From the NCBI GenBank assembly GCA_028826165.1, contig JAPDFW010000129.1:79641-143640 (forward strand): a stretch of DNA of 64,000 nt, in the 5' to 3' direction. Within the stretch, counting starts at the first letter, position 1. Every line of letters begins with the position of its first letter. The stretch comes from Anaeramoeba ignava BMAN. Lineage: Eukaryota; Protista; Anaeramoebae. Below the pieces are notes generated by a model. It did not search any database, was not told the origin of the DNA, and saw only the letters and a program-made list of their open reading frames with translations. A program made the translations under genes and the position numbers. Positions 13,173 through 25,200 of this stretch are shown piece after piece.

Positions 13173-13847
13173 ATGGATTCAAGAATTGAATTTGCAGAAC
13201 AAAGAATTAAAGAAATTGAAGAAAAATTGAAAATTAAACATGAAATTGAAGTTACTAAAGAAGATGAAAAAATACTAGAAAAAATACCAGAAAAAGTATT
13301 AAAAGCAATAAAAGAAAAAAAAATGAAAGCAAAACCAAAATATGTTCCAAGTGATTATTATGAAAAAACATTAGAAAAAAGAAGCAAAATATTAAATGCA
13401 CCAAGTATAAATCATTTATGCAAATCAATTATTTTGGAAAATATTCATTATGAGAAAAATTTGGAAGAAAATAATTTATTGAATCAAAAAAAAGAAGATG
13501 AACTTTTAAATGCAAAATATTTTTTGGTTCTTGTTCAATATTCAAAAAGATTAAATTTTGCGAAAATTGCGAATTTTTTCCGTTCTCTTTTAAAAGATGA
13601 AAAAAGAAAATTTGAATTCAAATTGGCACCAGAAAATATTTCTTTTGATTTAAGTGGTTTTGAACATAATGCAATTACACCAATTGGAATGAATGTGGAT
13701 TTGCCTATTATTATTTCAGATTCCATTTGTGCTCTTTCTCCTCAGTTTTTTTGGATGGGAGGTGGTCAAGTTGATTTGAAATTATGCTGTTCAACTCTTG
13801 AATTCATGAATATTTTTCATCCTCTTATTGCTTCAATTACTGATTAA
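13173..13847 (+). CDS. YbaK/ProX-family aminoacyl-tRNA deacylase-like protein
   Basis: HLCKSIILEN, LSGFEHNAITPIG and FWMGGGQVDLKL motifs. Confidence 0.8.
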   Translation: MDSRIEFAEQRIKEIEEKLKIKHEIEVTKEDEKILEKIPEKVLKAIKEKKMKAKPKYVPSDYYEKTLEKRSKILNAPSINHLCKSIILENIHYEKNLEENNLLNQKKEDELLNAKYFLVLVQYSKRLNFAKIANFFRSLLKDEKRKFEFKLAPENISFDLSGFEHNAITPIGMNVDLPIIISDSICALSPQFFWMGGGQVDLKLCCSTLEFMNIFHPLIASITD

Positions 13848-13909
13848 TTGATTTTCATTTTTTTCTTTTCAAAAAATAATTAAATAAATAAATAAATAAA
13901 AAAAGTGAA

Positions 13910-15670
13910 ATGAATGATTGTTTATTTTTTGGTCAAAATAATTTTCATTTTGTTGAAAAAGATACAAATCTAATAACAAAACCTTCACAATTAAACTTTG
14001 AATTTGAAAATGAAAATGAAATTAAACAAATTTCATCAGGTTATTTTGCAACAATTTTCCTTTTTAAAAATGGAAAAGCAATTCAATATTTAGAAGATTC
14101 AAAACAAAATCCTGAAAAAATACAAATTGAAAATATTCAAAAAGTAACTGTTGGTTTTTCAAATGAAGCTATTTTAACAATAGAAGGAAATGTATTTGCC
14201 AAAGGAATGAAGATGGATTCGAATTATCCAAATGAATTTATCAATATTTCATCATTAATTGAAGATACAAATGATAGAATAATTCAAGACGTTGTTTCTG
14301 GTGCTTATTCAATTTACTTATTAACTTCAAATCATAATGTTTATGGAATTGGCTATAGTTATGATGGTCAACTTGGTTTTGGTTCTGAAACAATTCCAAA
14401 AACAGAAAAACCAATTTTAATGATGAAAAATGTTTCTAAAATATTTTCAGGAAATTCTTCAAATTATGTTTTTCTTTTAAATTCAAATCAAGAATTATTT
14501 GTATGTGGATATAATGGATTTGGTCAACTTGGATTAGGAGAATCAAGAAAAGAAGAAACAAAAATCCAAAAATTAACCAAAATCCAAAATATTCCAAAAG
14601 GCAAAATAATTGATATTCAATCTGGTTATAATCATTCAATAATATTGATTGAAAATGAAAATGAAAATGAAAATCTAAAAAGAAAACTTTATTCATGTGG
14701 AGATTATCGAACTAATGGACTTGGCAAAAATGAAAATACTTATGAATTTACTGAAATGAAATCACCTTTATTTGAAAATGAAAATGATAATATTCTTGAT
14801 TTTTCTGTTGGATATAATCATACTTTGATTTTAACAATAAAAGGAAAATTGATAGCATTTGGAAGTAATTTATCTGGCCAATTAGGAACTAAATATACAA
14901 AAGATCAATTAATTCCAATTCAAATTGAACTTCCTAAATTAAGATTTAATGAAGATATTTTTAATTATCATGTTCTTTGTGGATATTTAAATTCATTTAT
15001 TTATTATTCTCCTTTCCTTTCTTCTTTTTCCAATCTTGAAGAAGATTTGATAAAATTATTTGAAAGAAAAGAATTTTGTGATATTTCATTTAAAACCAAA
15101 AATGGAGAAATAATTGAAGCTCATAAATTAATATTAAAATATAGATTAAATCAAAATCAAAATCAAATTGAAAAACTTCAAGAAATTATTTCAAATAAAT
15201 CAATTAAAGAATCAAATCAAATATTTGAAATGATTTATTCAAACAGAATTATAAATCCAAAATTATATTATGAAATTAAAGAAATTATAAATTTAAATGA
15301 AAAAATTGAAGAAACAATGAAAAGAATTTATTTAAATGAAAATGAAAATGAAAATGAAAAAGATTTTATTATTGAAAGAAAAGAAAAACAATATAAATTT
15401 CCAAAATTAATATTAATAATGAGAAGTGAATTATATCGAGGAATGTTTTTATCTGTAACAAATGATACTTCTAATAAGGTTACAGATTATAGTGAATTAA
15501 GTAATAAATCATTTCAATTATTTGAATATTGGATTTATTCAAATCAAATTAAAGATGAAATTCAAATTACACAAGAAATTATTGAATGAAATTAAAATTG
15601 GAATTGATTATTTTCAATTAAATCAAACAAATCCAAATTTATTTGATTTATTAATTAATTAAAAATTTAA
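13910..15670 (+). CDS. RCC1-BTB copy E (1-nt insertion ~15584)
   Basis: ORF 13910-15589; the family tail continues out of frame. Confidence 0.85.
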
Positions 15671-15815
15671 TAAAATAAAAAATCAAAATTAAAATTAAAA
15701 TTAAAATTAAAATTAAAAAAATAAAATTTAAAATCAAAATTAAAATTAAAATTAAAACTAAAATTAAAAAAATTAAATTAAAATTAAATTCAAAAAAGGA
15801 AATGTTTAATTTGTA

Positions 15816-15923
15816 AAAGAAATTATTAATGAAATTAAAATTGGAATTGATTATTTTCAATTAAATCAAACAAATCCAAATTTATTTGATTTATTAATTA
15901 ACAAATTTAATAATCAAAATTAA
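15816..15923 (+). pseudogene. Orphan duplicate of the RCC1-BTB C-terminal tail
   Basis: Encodes KEIINEIKIGIDYFQLNQTNPNLFDLLINKFNNQN* with no upstream gene body. Confidence 0.8.
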
Positions 15924-15963
15924 AATTTCAAAAATATTTTTTTTCATTTTTTTCTTTTCTAAA

Positions 15964-17777
15964 ATGAATAAAATTATATTTTTTGGAAGAAATCAATATC
16001 CAAAACTTATAAAAAATGCACCAAATAAAATAACAAAACCAATTCAATTTAAATTTGAAAATAAAAATGAAAATGAAAATAAAAAACAAATTAAACAAAT
16101 TTCAACAGGTTATTTTTCAACAATTTTCCTTTTTGAAAATGGAAAAGCAATAGAATATTTAGAATATCCTAATCCAAAACAAAATCCTCAAAAAATTCAA
16201 ATTGAAGAAAATATTCAAAAAGTATCTGTTGGTTATCATAATGAAGCTATTTTAACAATAGAAGGAAATGTATTTGCAAAAGGATATGATATTAATCAAG
16301 AAAATTCAAATAAATTTATCAATATTTCATCATTAATTGAAGATACAAATGATAGAATAATTCAAGATATTGTTTCTGGTGCTTATTCAATTTACTTATT
16401 AACTTCAAATCAAAATGTTTATGGAATTGGTTCAAATTATGATGGTCAACTTGGTTTTGATTTTAAAACACTTGAAGAAGCAGAAAAACCAATTTTAATG
16501 ATGAAAAATGTTTCTAAAATATTTTCAGGAAATTCTTCAAATTATGTTTTTCTTTTAAATTCAAATCAAGAATTATTTGTATGCGGATATAATTCATTTG
16601 GACAACTTGGATTAGGAGAATCAAGAAAAGAAGAAACAAAAATCCAAAAATTAACCAAAATCCAAAATATTCCAAAAGGCAAAATAATTGATATTCAATC
16701 TGGTTATAATCATTCAATAATATTGATTGAAAATGAAAATCAAAATGAAAATCAAAATGAAAATGAAAATCTAAAAAGAAAACTTTATTCATGTGGAGAT
16801 TATCGAACTAATGGACTTGGCAAAAATGAAAATACTTATGAATTTACTGAAATGAAATCATCTTTATTTGAAAATGAAAATGATAATATTCTTGATTTTT
16901 CTGTTGGATATAATCATACTTTGATTTTAACAATAAAAGGAAAATTGATAGCATTTGGAAGTAATTTCTCTGGCCAATTAGGAACTAAATATACAAAAGA
17001 TCAATTAATTCCAATTCAAATTGAACTTCCTAAATTAAGATTTAATGAAGATATTTTTAATTATCATGTTCTTTGTGGATATTTAAATTCATTTATTTAT
17101 TATTCTCCTTTCCTTTCTTCTTTTTCCAATCTTGAAGAAGATTTGATAAAATTATTTGAAAGAAAAGAATTTTGTGATATTTCATTTAAAACCAAAAATG
17201 GAGAAATAATTGAAGCTCATAAATTAATATTAAAATATAGATTAAATCAAAATCAAAATCAAATTGAAAAACTTCAAGAAATTATTTCAAAAAAATCAAT
17301 TAAAGAATCAAATCAAATATTTGAAATGATTTATTCAAACAGAATTATAAATCCAAAATTATATTCTGAAATTAAAGAAATTATAAATTTAAATGAAAAA
17401 ATTGAAGAAACAATGAAAAGAATTTATTTAAATGAAAATGAAAATGAAAAAGATTTTATTATTGAAAGAAAAGAAAAACAATATAAATTTCCTAAATTAA
17501 TATTAATAATGAGAAGTGAATTATATCGAGGAATGTTTTTATCTGTAACAGAAGATAAATCAAATAAAGTTACAGATTATAGTGAATTAAGTAATAAATC
17601 ATTTCAAATATTTGAATATTGGATTTATTCAAATCAAATTAAAGATGAAATTCAAATTACACAAGAAATCATTAATGAAATTAAAATTGGAATTGATTAT
17701 TTTCAATTAAATCAAACAAATCCAAATTTATTTGATTTATTAATTAATAAATTTAAAATAATCAAAATCAAAATTAA
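15964..17777 (+). CDS. RCC1-BTB copy F (true end probably NNQNQN* at 17777)
   Basis: ORF 15964-18024; the (IK)n extension follows a small indel at ~17757. Confidence 0.88.
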
Positions 17778-17948
17778 AATTAAAATTAAAATCAAAATTA
17801 AAATTAAAATTAAAATTAAAATTAAAATTAAAATTAAAATTAAAATTAAAATCAAAATTAAAATTAAAATACAAATTAAAATCAAAATTAAAATTAAAAT
17901 TAAAATTAAAATTTCATTTTTCATTTTTCATTTTTCATTTTTTTTGAA

Positions 17949-19985
17949 ATGCAAACAAATTCACCCTTTCAATCAAAAACAAAACACAAAAAGAAACAAA
18001 ACAAAAAAAGACATAATCAAATAATGCATTTTCAAACACAATCTTCAAAGATTTCACAACAAAGCAATCAACAACAATTCGAACAAAAAGAAATTCAAAA
18101 ACAAGAAGAATCAGAAGAAGAAAAACAATTTCAACAAGAACAAAAAAAATCAAGAAAATCCAAAAAATCGAAACAAAATGAAAATAATCAACAAATTTCA
18201 ATTCTCAATCATTTCAAAGAGGAAAAGGTTAATAAGGTTGAATTGATTGATATAAATAACAACTTAGGTTTTCCTAAAGAAATGGAAAAGTGTCAACTCA
18301 ACAATTCAACACCAATTTTAATTAGACATCTAACACACCACATTCTTCAAGATATCAAAACAAAAAATAAACCAGAGGAAATTCTTGAATCTTATATGCT
18401 CAAAGGACCACCAGGAGTTGGAAAATCATATACGCTTTATCATATCGCAAATTATTGTTCTAAATTGCAAAATTGGATCGTTCTTTATTTACCAAACACT
18501 GCTGATTTAAGAGAAACAGAAAGCTATATTGCTGCAAAGAAAATTATTTCCAAATTAAATAAGCACTATGAACCATTACTCCAGAAGCATTTCCATTTCA
18601 ACTATGATGAGAAAATCTGGGAGATAAAAAATCCAACCAAAAAACAACAATTGAAAATGGTTGAAAATGCTAAATATTTGTTGGCAGAACTTATCAATTT
18701 GGATTGCGAAAAGGTTCGAATTTTGATTGCAATTGATCAATGGAATATCTTATTCCGTCAAGAACAGAAATATCCAGAGCATATTTTAGATATTTTCCAA
18801 TTTATTCCAAAAATAACTTATGGATTTTTCTTAGCTGCTGTGAGCTCAAGCTTTCAAGAGCCTGATAAATCTTATGATGATAATTCATTTGACGCTATAA
18901 AAACACCTTTGGGCATTTTTGATGAAGATGAATTTAAATCAATTATAGAATGGTCAAAAACAAATGGATTCTTACCTCAATACTTATCAATCTCAGAAAT
19001 TGAGAAATTTACAGCAAAAGTTCCCAAATTAATTGGTTTTCTTTTTCAATCATTTCGGAATTATCAATTGTTTAATCAAAAAAATTGGTTAAGTGAAGCA
19101 CACAAACTCGCTCAAAATTTTTATGAAAAGTTGATTTCACATGTTGTTACTAAAACCAAAAACCAATATGATGAAATCTATTTTATTATGGATATTTATT
19201 TAAATTCACCAATTCAAAATTTATCGCCACAATGGGAATCATTAGGATTATTTAAACAGGATGAGAAAACTAATGAAATTCTTCCAATTTGTGAATCAGT
19301 TAGAAAAGCTTTTATTTCTGTGTTTGACACAAATCTTGATCGATATCTTGGCTTTTTAGCAAGTGGAACCAAAACAAAATGGAGAGCTTTCGAATTATAT
19401 GTTTTCAAATCTTTCATCTCTAAAATTGGTGGAGAAATGATAATTCCAAATATCAATCTAAAAGGACAACAATCAACAAAACCAGACATTTGGCAAATTT
19501 CATTAGATCAACAAATTTATCAACCACGTTTACATGATCTTGATAAGCTTGAACCAGGAACGTTTTTGATTTGTTATGAAGATCATCCTGTTATTGATTG
19601 TGTTGCTTATTCAAAAAATGGAAATTTATTTTATATTCAAATTTCAAAACAATCATATTCAAAACATTCTGCCAAAGTAGATTCACTTTTTAAAAAAAAA
19701 TTTAATAAAACATCTGAGACAATTTTGAAATATTATTCAAGAATTTGTGGAATGAAATCAAAACCCAAAAAATGTCAACTTAAAACAGAAAAAAAAAATC
19801 GAGTTATTCAATTACCTCCAAATCAATATTATGTTTATCTTACAACAAGTTCGCATTATTATTTAGATAATGGTGATTCTGATTATTCAAATGATCCTGT
19901 TATTTTAATCAATTCTGAAAATATTGCTAGACTCCATCCAAAAGCCTGGCATCCACTTTCAAAATATTTTTCTAATCAAAATTAA
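17949..19985 (+). CDS. Crinkler/RHS-type P-loop NTPase + restriction-endonuclease-fold protein
   Basis: Walker A GPPGVGKS, Walker B ILIAIDQWN, C-terminal AFE..HPVID..FYIQIS nuclease-like motif; intronless, 678 aa. Confidence 0.7.
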   Translation: MQTNSPFQSKTKHKKKQNKKRHNQIMHFQTQSSKISQQSNQQQFEQKEIQKQEESEEEKQFQQEQKKSRKSKKSKQNENNQQISILNHFKEEKVNKVELIDINNNLGFPKEMEKCQLNNSTPILIRHLTHHILQDIKTKNKPEEILESYMLKGPPGVGKSYTLYHIANYCSKLQNWIVLYLPNTADLRETESYIAAKKIISKLNKHYEPLLQKHFHFNYDEKIWEIKNPTKKQQLKMVENAKYLLAELINLDCEKVRILIAIDQWNILFRQEQKYPEHILDIFQFIPKITYGFFLAAVSSSFQEPDKSYDDNSFDAIKTPLGIFDEDEFKSIIEWSKTNGFLPQYLSISEIEKFTAKVPKLIGFLFQSFRNYQLFNQKNWLSEAHKLAQNFYEKLISHVVTKTKNQYDEIYFIMDIYLNSPIQNLSPQWESLGLFKQDEKTNEILPICESVRKAFISVFDTNLDRYLGFLASGTKTKWRAFELYVFKSFISKIGGEMIIPNINLKGQQSTKPDIWQISLDQQIYQPRLHDLDKLEPGTFLICYEDHPVIDCVAYSKNGNLFYIQISKQSYSKHSAKVDSLFKKKFNKTSETILKYYSRICGMKSKPKKCQLKTEKKNRVIQLPPNQYYVYLTTSSHYYLDNGDSDYSNDPVILINSENIARLHPKAWHPLSKYFSNQN

Positions 19986-20002
19986 AAATAAAAAAATAAA
20001 AA

Positions 20003-21814
20003 GAGAATGAAATTATATTTTTTGGTTTAAATTATCATCCAAAACTTTTCAAAAATGAATCACAAATAATAACAAAACCAATTCAATTTAAATTTGAAAA
20101 TGAAAATGAAAATAAAAAACAAATTAAACAAATTTCAACAGGAAATTTATCAACAATTTTCCTTTTTGAAAATGGAAAAGCAATAGAATATTTAAATGAA
20201 AATGATTCAAAACAAAAACCTTCAAAAATCCAAATTGAAAATATTCAAAAAGTAACTGTTGGTTTTTCTAATGAAGCTATTTTAACAATAGAAAGAAATG
20301 TATTTGCCAAAGGAAAAGATATTAATTCAAAAAATCCAAAAGAATTTATCAATATTTCATCATTAATTGAAGATAAAAATGATAGAATAATTCAAGATGT
20401 TGTTTCTGGTGCTAAATCAATTTACTTATTAACTTCAAATCAAAATACTTATGGATTTGGTTCAAATAAAGATGGTCAACTTGGTTTTGATTTTAAAACA
20501 CTTCCAAAAACAGAAAAACCAATTTTAATGATGAAAAATGTTTCTAAAATATTTTCAGGAAATATTTCAAATTATGTTTTTCTTTTAAATTCAAATCAAG
20601 AATTATTTGTATGTGGATATAATGGATCTGGACAACTTGGATTAAGAAAATCAAGAAAAGAAGAAACAAAAATCCAAAAATTAATCAAAATACAAAAATT
20701 AACCAAAATACAAAAATTAACACAAATCCAAAATATTCCAAAAGGCAAAATAATTGATATCAAATTTGGAGATTCTCATTCAATAATGTTGATTGAAAAT
20801 GAAAATCAAAATCAAAATCCAAAAAGAAAACTTTATTCATGTGGAGATTATCGAACTAATGGACTTGGTAAATATATTCATGCTTATGAATTTACTGAAA
20901 TCAAATCATCTTTATTTGAAAATGATAATATTCTTGATTTTTCTATTGGTGATAACCATACTTTGATTTTAACTTCTAATTCAAAATTAATTGGATTTGG
21001 AAGTAATTTTTATGGTCAATTAGGAACTAAATATACAAAAGATCAATTAATTCCATTTCAAATTGAACTTCCTAAATTAAGATTTAATGAAGATATTTCC
21101 AATTATCATGTTCTTTGTGGATTTCAAAAATCATTTCTTTATTATTCTCCTCTTTCTTTTTCTAATCTTGAAGAAGATTTGATAAAACTATTTGAAAGAA
21201 AAGAATTTTGTGATATTTCATTTAAAACCAAAAATGGAGAAATAATTGAAGCTCATAAATTAATATTGAAATATAGATTAAATCAAAATCAAAATCAAAT
21301 TGAAAAACTTCAAGAAATTATTTCAAAAAAATCAATTAAAGAATCAAATCAAATATTTGAAATGATTTATTCAAACAATTCCAAAATAAATCCAAAATTA
21401 TATTCTGAAATTAAAGAAATTATAAATTCAAATGAAAAAATTGAAGAAACAATGAAAAGAATTTATTTAAATGAAAATGAAAATGAAAATGAAAAAGATT
21501 TTATAATTGAAAGAAAAGAAAAACAATATAAATTTCCTAAATTAATATTAATAATGAGAAGTGAATTATATCGAGGAATGTTTTTATCTGTAACAAATGA
21601 TACTTCAAATAAAGTTACAGATTATAGTGAATTAAGTAATAAATCATTTCAAATATTTGAATATTGGATTTATTCAAATCAAATTAAAGATGAAATTCAA
21701 ATTACACAAGAAATCATTAATGAAATTGAAATTGGAATTGATTATTTTCAATTAAATCAAACAAACCCAAATTTATTTGATTTATTAATTAATAAATTTA
21801 ATAATCAAAATTAA
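20003..21814 (+). CDS. RCC1-BTB copy G (family start ATG replaced by GAG at 20003)
   Basis: Open frame GAG-AAT-GAA-ATT-ATA-TTT-TTT-GGT is in frame with ORF 20528-21814. Confidence 0.82.
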   Translation, partial: ENEIIFFGLNYHPKLFKNESQIITKPIQFKFENENENKKQIKQISTGNLSTIFLFENGKAIEYLNENDSKQKPSKIQIENIQKVTVGFSNEAILTIERNVFAKGKDINSKNPKEFINISSLIEDKNDRIIQDVVSGAKSIYLLTSNQNTYGFGSNKDGQLGFDFKTLPKTEKPILMMKNVSKIFSGNISNYVFLLNSNQELFVCGYNGSGQLGLRKSRKEETKIQKLIKIQKLTKIQKLTQIQNIPKGKIIDIKFGDSHSIMLIENENQNQNPKRKLYSCGDYRTNGLGKYIHAYEFTEIKSSLFENDNILDFSIGDNHTLILTSNSKLIGFGSNFYGQLGTKYTKDQLIPFQIELPKLRFNEDISNYHVLCGFQKSFLYYSPLSFSNLEEDLIKLFERKEFCDISFKTKNGEIIEAHKLILKYRLNQNQNQIEKLQEIISKKSIKESNQIFEMIYSNNSKINPKLYSEIKEIINSNEKIEETMKRIYLNENENENEKDFIIERKEKQYKFPKLILIMRSELYRGMFLSVTNDTSNKVTDYSELSNKSFQIFEYWIYSNQIKDEIQITQEIINEIEIGIDYFQLNQTNPNLFDLLINKFNNQN

Positions 21815-22279
21815 AATTAAAATTAAAATTAAAATTAAAATTAAAATTAAAATTAAAATCAAAATTAAAATTAAAATTAAAATTAAAATTAAAATTAAAA
21901 TTAAAATTAAAATTAAAATTAAAATTAAATTTAAAATTTAAATTTAAAATTAAAATTAAAATCAAAATTAAAATTAAAATTAAAATTAAAATTAAAATTG
22001 AAATTAAAATTAAATTTAAAATTTAAAATTAAAATTAAAATTAAAATTAAAATTAAAATTAAAATTAAAATCGAAAATCGGATAAAAATTAAAATTAAAA
22101 TTTTCCTTTGTTGAAAAAAAAAAAAAGAAAGAAAACAAAAATCAAAAAGAAAAGAAAAAGGAAAAAAAAAAGAAAATTTGAGAAAAAAAAATAAATTCTT
22201 TTGAATTCGAAGAATCAATTTGATTTGCAATATTTTTTAAAAAAAAAAATTTAAACTTTTTCCAAATTGATTTAAAAAA

Positions 22280-25200
22280 TTATTTTTCCAAACTTAATTC
22301 AAAAATTTCTTTAGCAAAATCATCTTCCATAATTTGGTGAATATCAAGTTCAGTTAATTTATCAAAACCATATTCTTGGTAAACTTGAATAATACTAGGA
22401 TTAAGCTTATTAAGGAAAGAGAAAAACAAACTTCCTGAATTCAAAAGTAATTTTTCCGGCGAATCGAATTCATGAATTTTTTTTGAACTCATAATCATAG
22501 TTCTATCTGTTCTTAATAAAATAGTGGGACTATTTGTGACAATTAGAATTGTTGAATGCTTGAAATAAGAATGAAGAATTTGTTGCAATCGAATTTCGAA
22601 GTCTTTCTTATTCAATACATTTTTAAGTAAATCATCAACAAGTACAATTTGCTTATTTTTGTAAGTTAAAGCTCTTGCAAAACTAAATAAATGTTGAGTT
22701 TCCATTGAAAGTTTTTGGAGTTCTGAAATATCAGCATCTAATTGTTGTGGAATATCAGAAATTATATCTTTTAGCCCAAGTTTGTCAAGGTTTTCCCATA
22801 TAATTTGGTCTGGAATTCTTCGTGGATCATTTAATGGATATGGTGTGAAATTTTCCCGAATTGTTCCTCCAATGTATATTGGTCTTTCTGGAATGTATAC
22901 CATTTCAGAGCGTAAGTTTTGTGGTGGTAATTTTTGGATATCGTGATCGTCAATGAGAATTGTTCCTTGTTTGGGTTCGAATAGTCTGAAGAAAGATGAG
23001 AGTAAAACAGATTTACCGGATCCTGAACAAAAAATTTTTAAATATTAAATAAATTTTAATTTTAATTTTAATTTTAATTATTAATTTTAAATATTAATTT
23101 TAATTTTAATTTTAAATTAAATTTTAATTTTAATTTTAATTTTAATTTTAATTTTAATTTTAATTTTAATTTTAATTTTAATTTTAATTTTAATTTTAAT
23201 TTTAATTTTAATTTTAATTTTAATTTTAATTTTAATTTTAATATTAATTTTAATTTTAATTATAATTTTAATTTTAATTTTAATTTTAATTTTAAATAAT
23301 TTTAATTTTAAATTAAATTTTAAATAAATTTTAAATAAATTTTAAATAAATTTTAAATTAAATTTTAAATAATTTTTAAATAATTTTTAAATTAAAATTT
23401 GTACCACTTGGCCCACAAATTCCAATCTTTTCACCAGCAAAAATATGGAAATTCACATTTTTCAAAACAGTTTTTGAATCTGAACTGTAACCTAACTTAA
23501 CATCCTGGAATTGAATCTCACCATTCTTAATCCAACCGAAAGGAAGCCTATTTTCCAAACGATCCAAACCAGGTTCTTTATGGATAAATTGAAGATTAGA
23601 AATGGAAGAAATAACTTTTGTTTTGGCTTGAAGTTCGACTTTCATTCTGATAAAAGAACCAAGATAATTAGAAACAATAAAACTAGCAGCAATAGCAAGA
23701 GCAACATAACCAGTATCAACATCACCACGAGTTGTAACGGCAATGATTGCAACGCAAGTGATAATGACAGTAAAGATGATATGAACACGGAAACCAAGCC
23801 ATCGATGCGCTTCATTTTCGGAAAGAAGAACTCGATAATTTGAATCGATTGTTTTGTGATTTTGATGAACTAAATGATGCTTGTTTTCAAAGCAATTAAT
23901 TGTTGCGATTCCTTCGAGTGTATTTTCAAACTCGGAATGAATAACATTTTTGGACGAAACTTCAAGCGCTCGAAGCTGCTTGGAAACGGCAGTATAACTG
24001 CGGTCGATTCTCCAATAAAAGAAGATAACAACAACAAGCGGGATGATGAACCACGGAAAAACAATGCAGATAGTAATGAGAATCGCGATAAGTTGAGTCA
24101 AGTAATTGAAAGTGAAATTCATTGAGCTAATAATGTTCGAATCCATCATGTGCAAATGCGATCCAAAAGCCTTTTGAATCATTGATCTTCCCATGTTGTT
24201 GAAAAAAGACAGTGGAACTTGAATCAAATTCAAAAATAACTTCGAATGGATTGTTTTTGATGCAATCACACTTGCGTGCGCCATCAAACACGATTTCAGC
24301 GCATAAACAACAATGATTGCCGCGTTGATCACCGCGAATAAAGACGTGTAGAATTTTCTTTTCTTGTCCCATTCGCCGTCAGTCCAAAAGGAAAGCCAGA
24401 AATAACTAAACACAACACCCGCACTTGTGACTAAATATAAGAAAAACAACAGCGAATAGTACCCATATCCCCCGCTTAATTTCACGTATGATGTTGTCTT
24501 CATTTCCGGTTTACGAGGCGCCAATAAAGACTCATCTTCGTCCTCGTTTTCTTTCTTTGTGCGGAATAGATCAATCTGTAGCTTATCAAGTTCGTTTCCT
24601 TCATTTTCCGTTATGAAAACACTTCGATATAGATCGTTTTCAAACCGTTTTTTATCCGATTTGATAACGTTAAGCAATAATTCGTTGTTGTCGTTGCATA
24701 TTTTTTGGAACGTTCCGTTGGCGACAATCTCTCCTTTTTCTATCACATAAATTTCGTTTGTTCGCGATAAAATTTGTGGATTGTTTGAAATCAAAATCCG
24801 CGACTTATTCTTTAAAAACCCGAAAATGCATCTGTCTACTAGATCGTTTCGTATGTGTTCTGTAAGCTTTTCAGAGAAATCATCGATTAAATAAATGTCT
24901 GAATTGTGATAAAGTGCTCTTGCAAATGATATTCTTTGCTTCATTTCTTCATTTAAATTCAAATTCGGATCCATTATTGTTTCGTCTTTCATTGATAAAT
25001 TATGTATAAAATTATTCAATCCACAAACTGTTAGGATTTTTTGATAGTGTTGTTGGTGGTATTTGAAGGATCCGATTATATTGTTTTTGACTGTTGTTTT
25101 TTGGAACCAAGGATGTGCTGGTATGTAACTTATTTTTCCATCTAAATATATTTTTCCTGAGACCATTTTGACTTGGCCTAATAAGCCTAACAACAACTAT

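Noticed and set aside
14436-14696. Recurrent antisense ORF MNKVFF.. opposite several RCC1 genes
   Set aside because: A by-product of the conserved sense-strand sequence, with no independent coding signal
17949-19985. Annotation as mitochondrial ribosomal DAP3/mS29
   Set aside because: Only the Walker A/B neighbourhood resembles DAP3; the nuclease-like C-terminus and genomic context favour a Crinkler/RHS-type protein
13910-21814. Diversity-generating retroelement as the source of hypervariability
   Set aside because: No reverse transcriptase or template/variable repeat pair in the window; variation is spread over about 14 loops and is not evidently adenine-restricted
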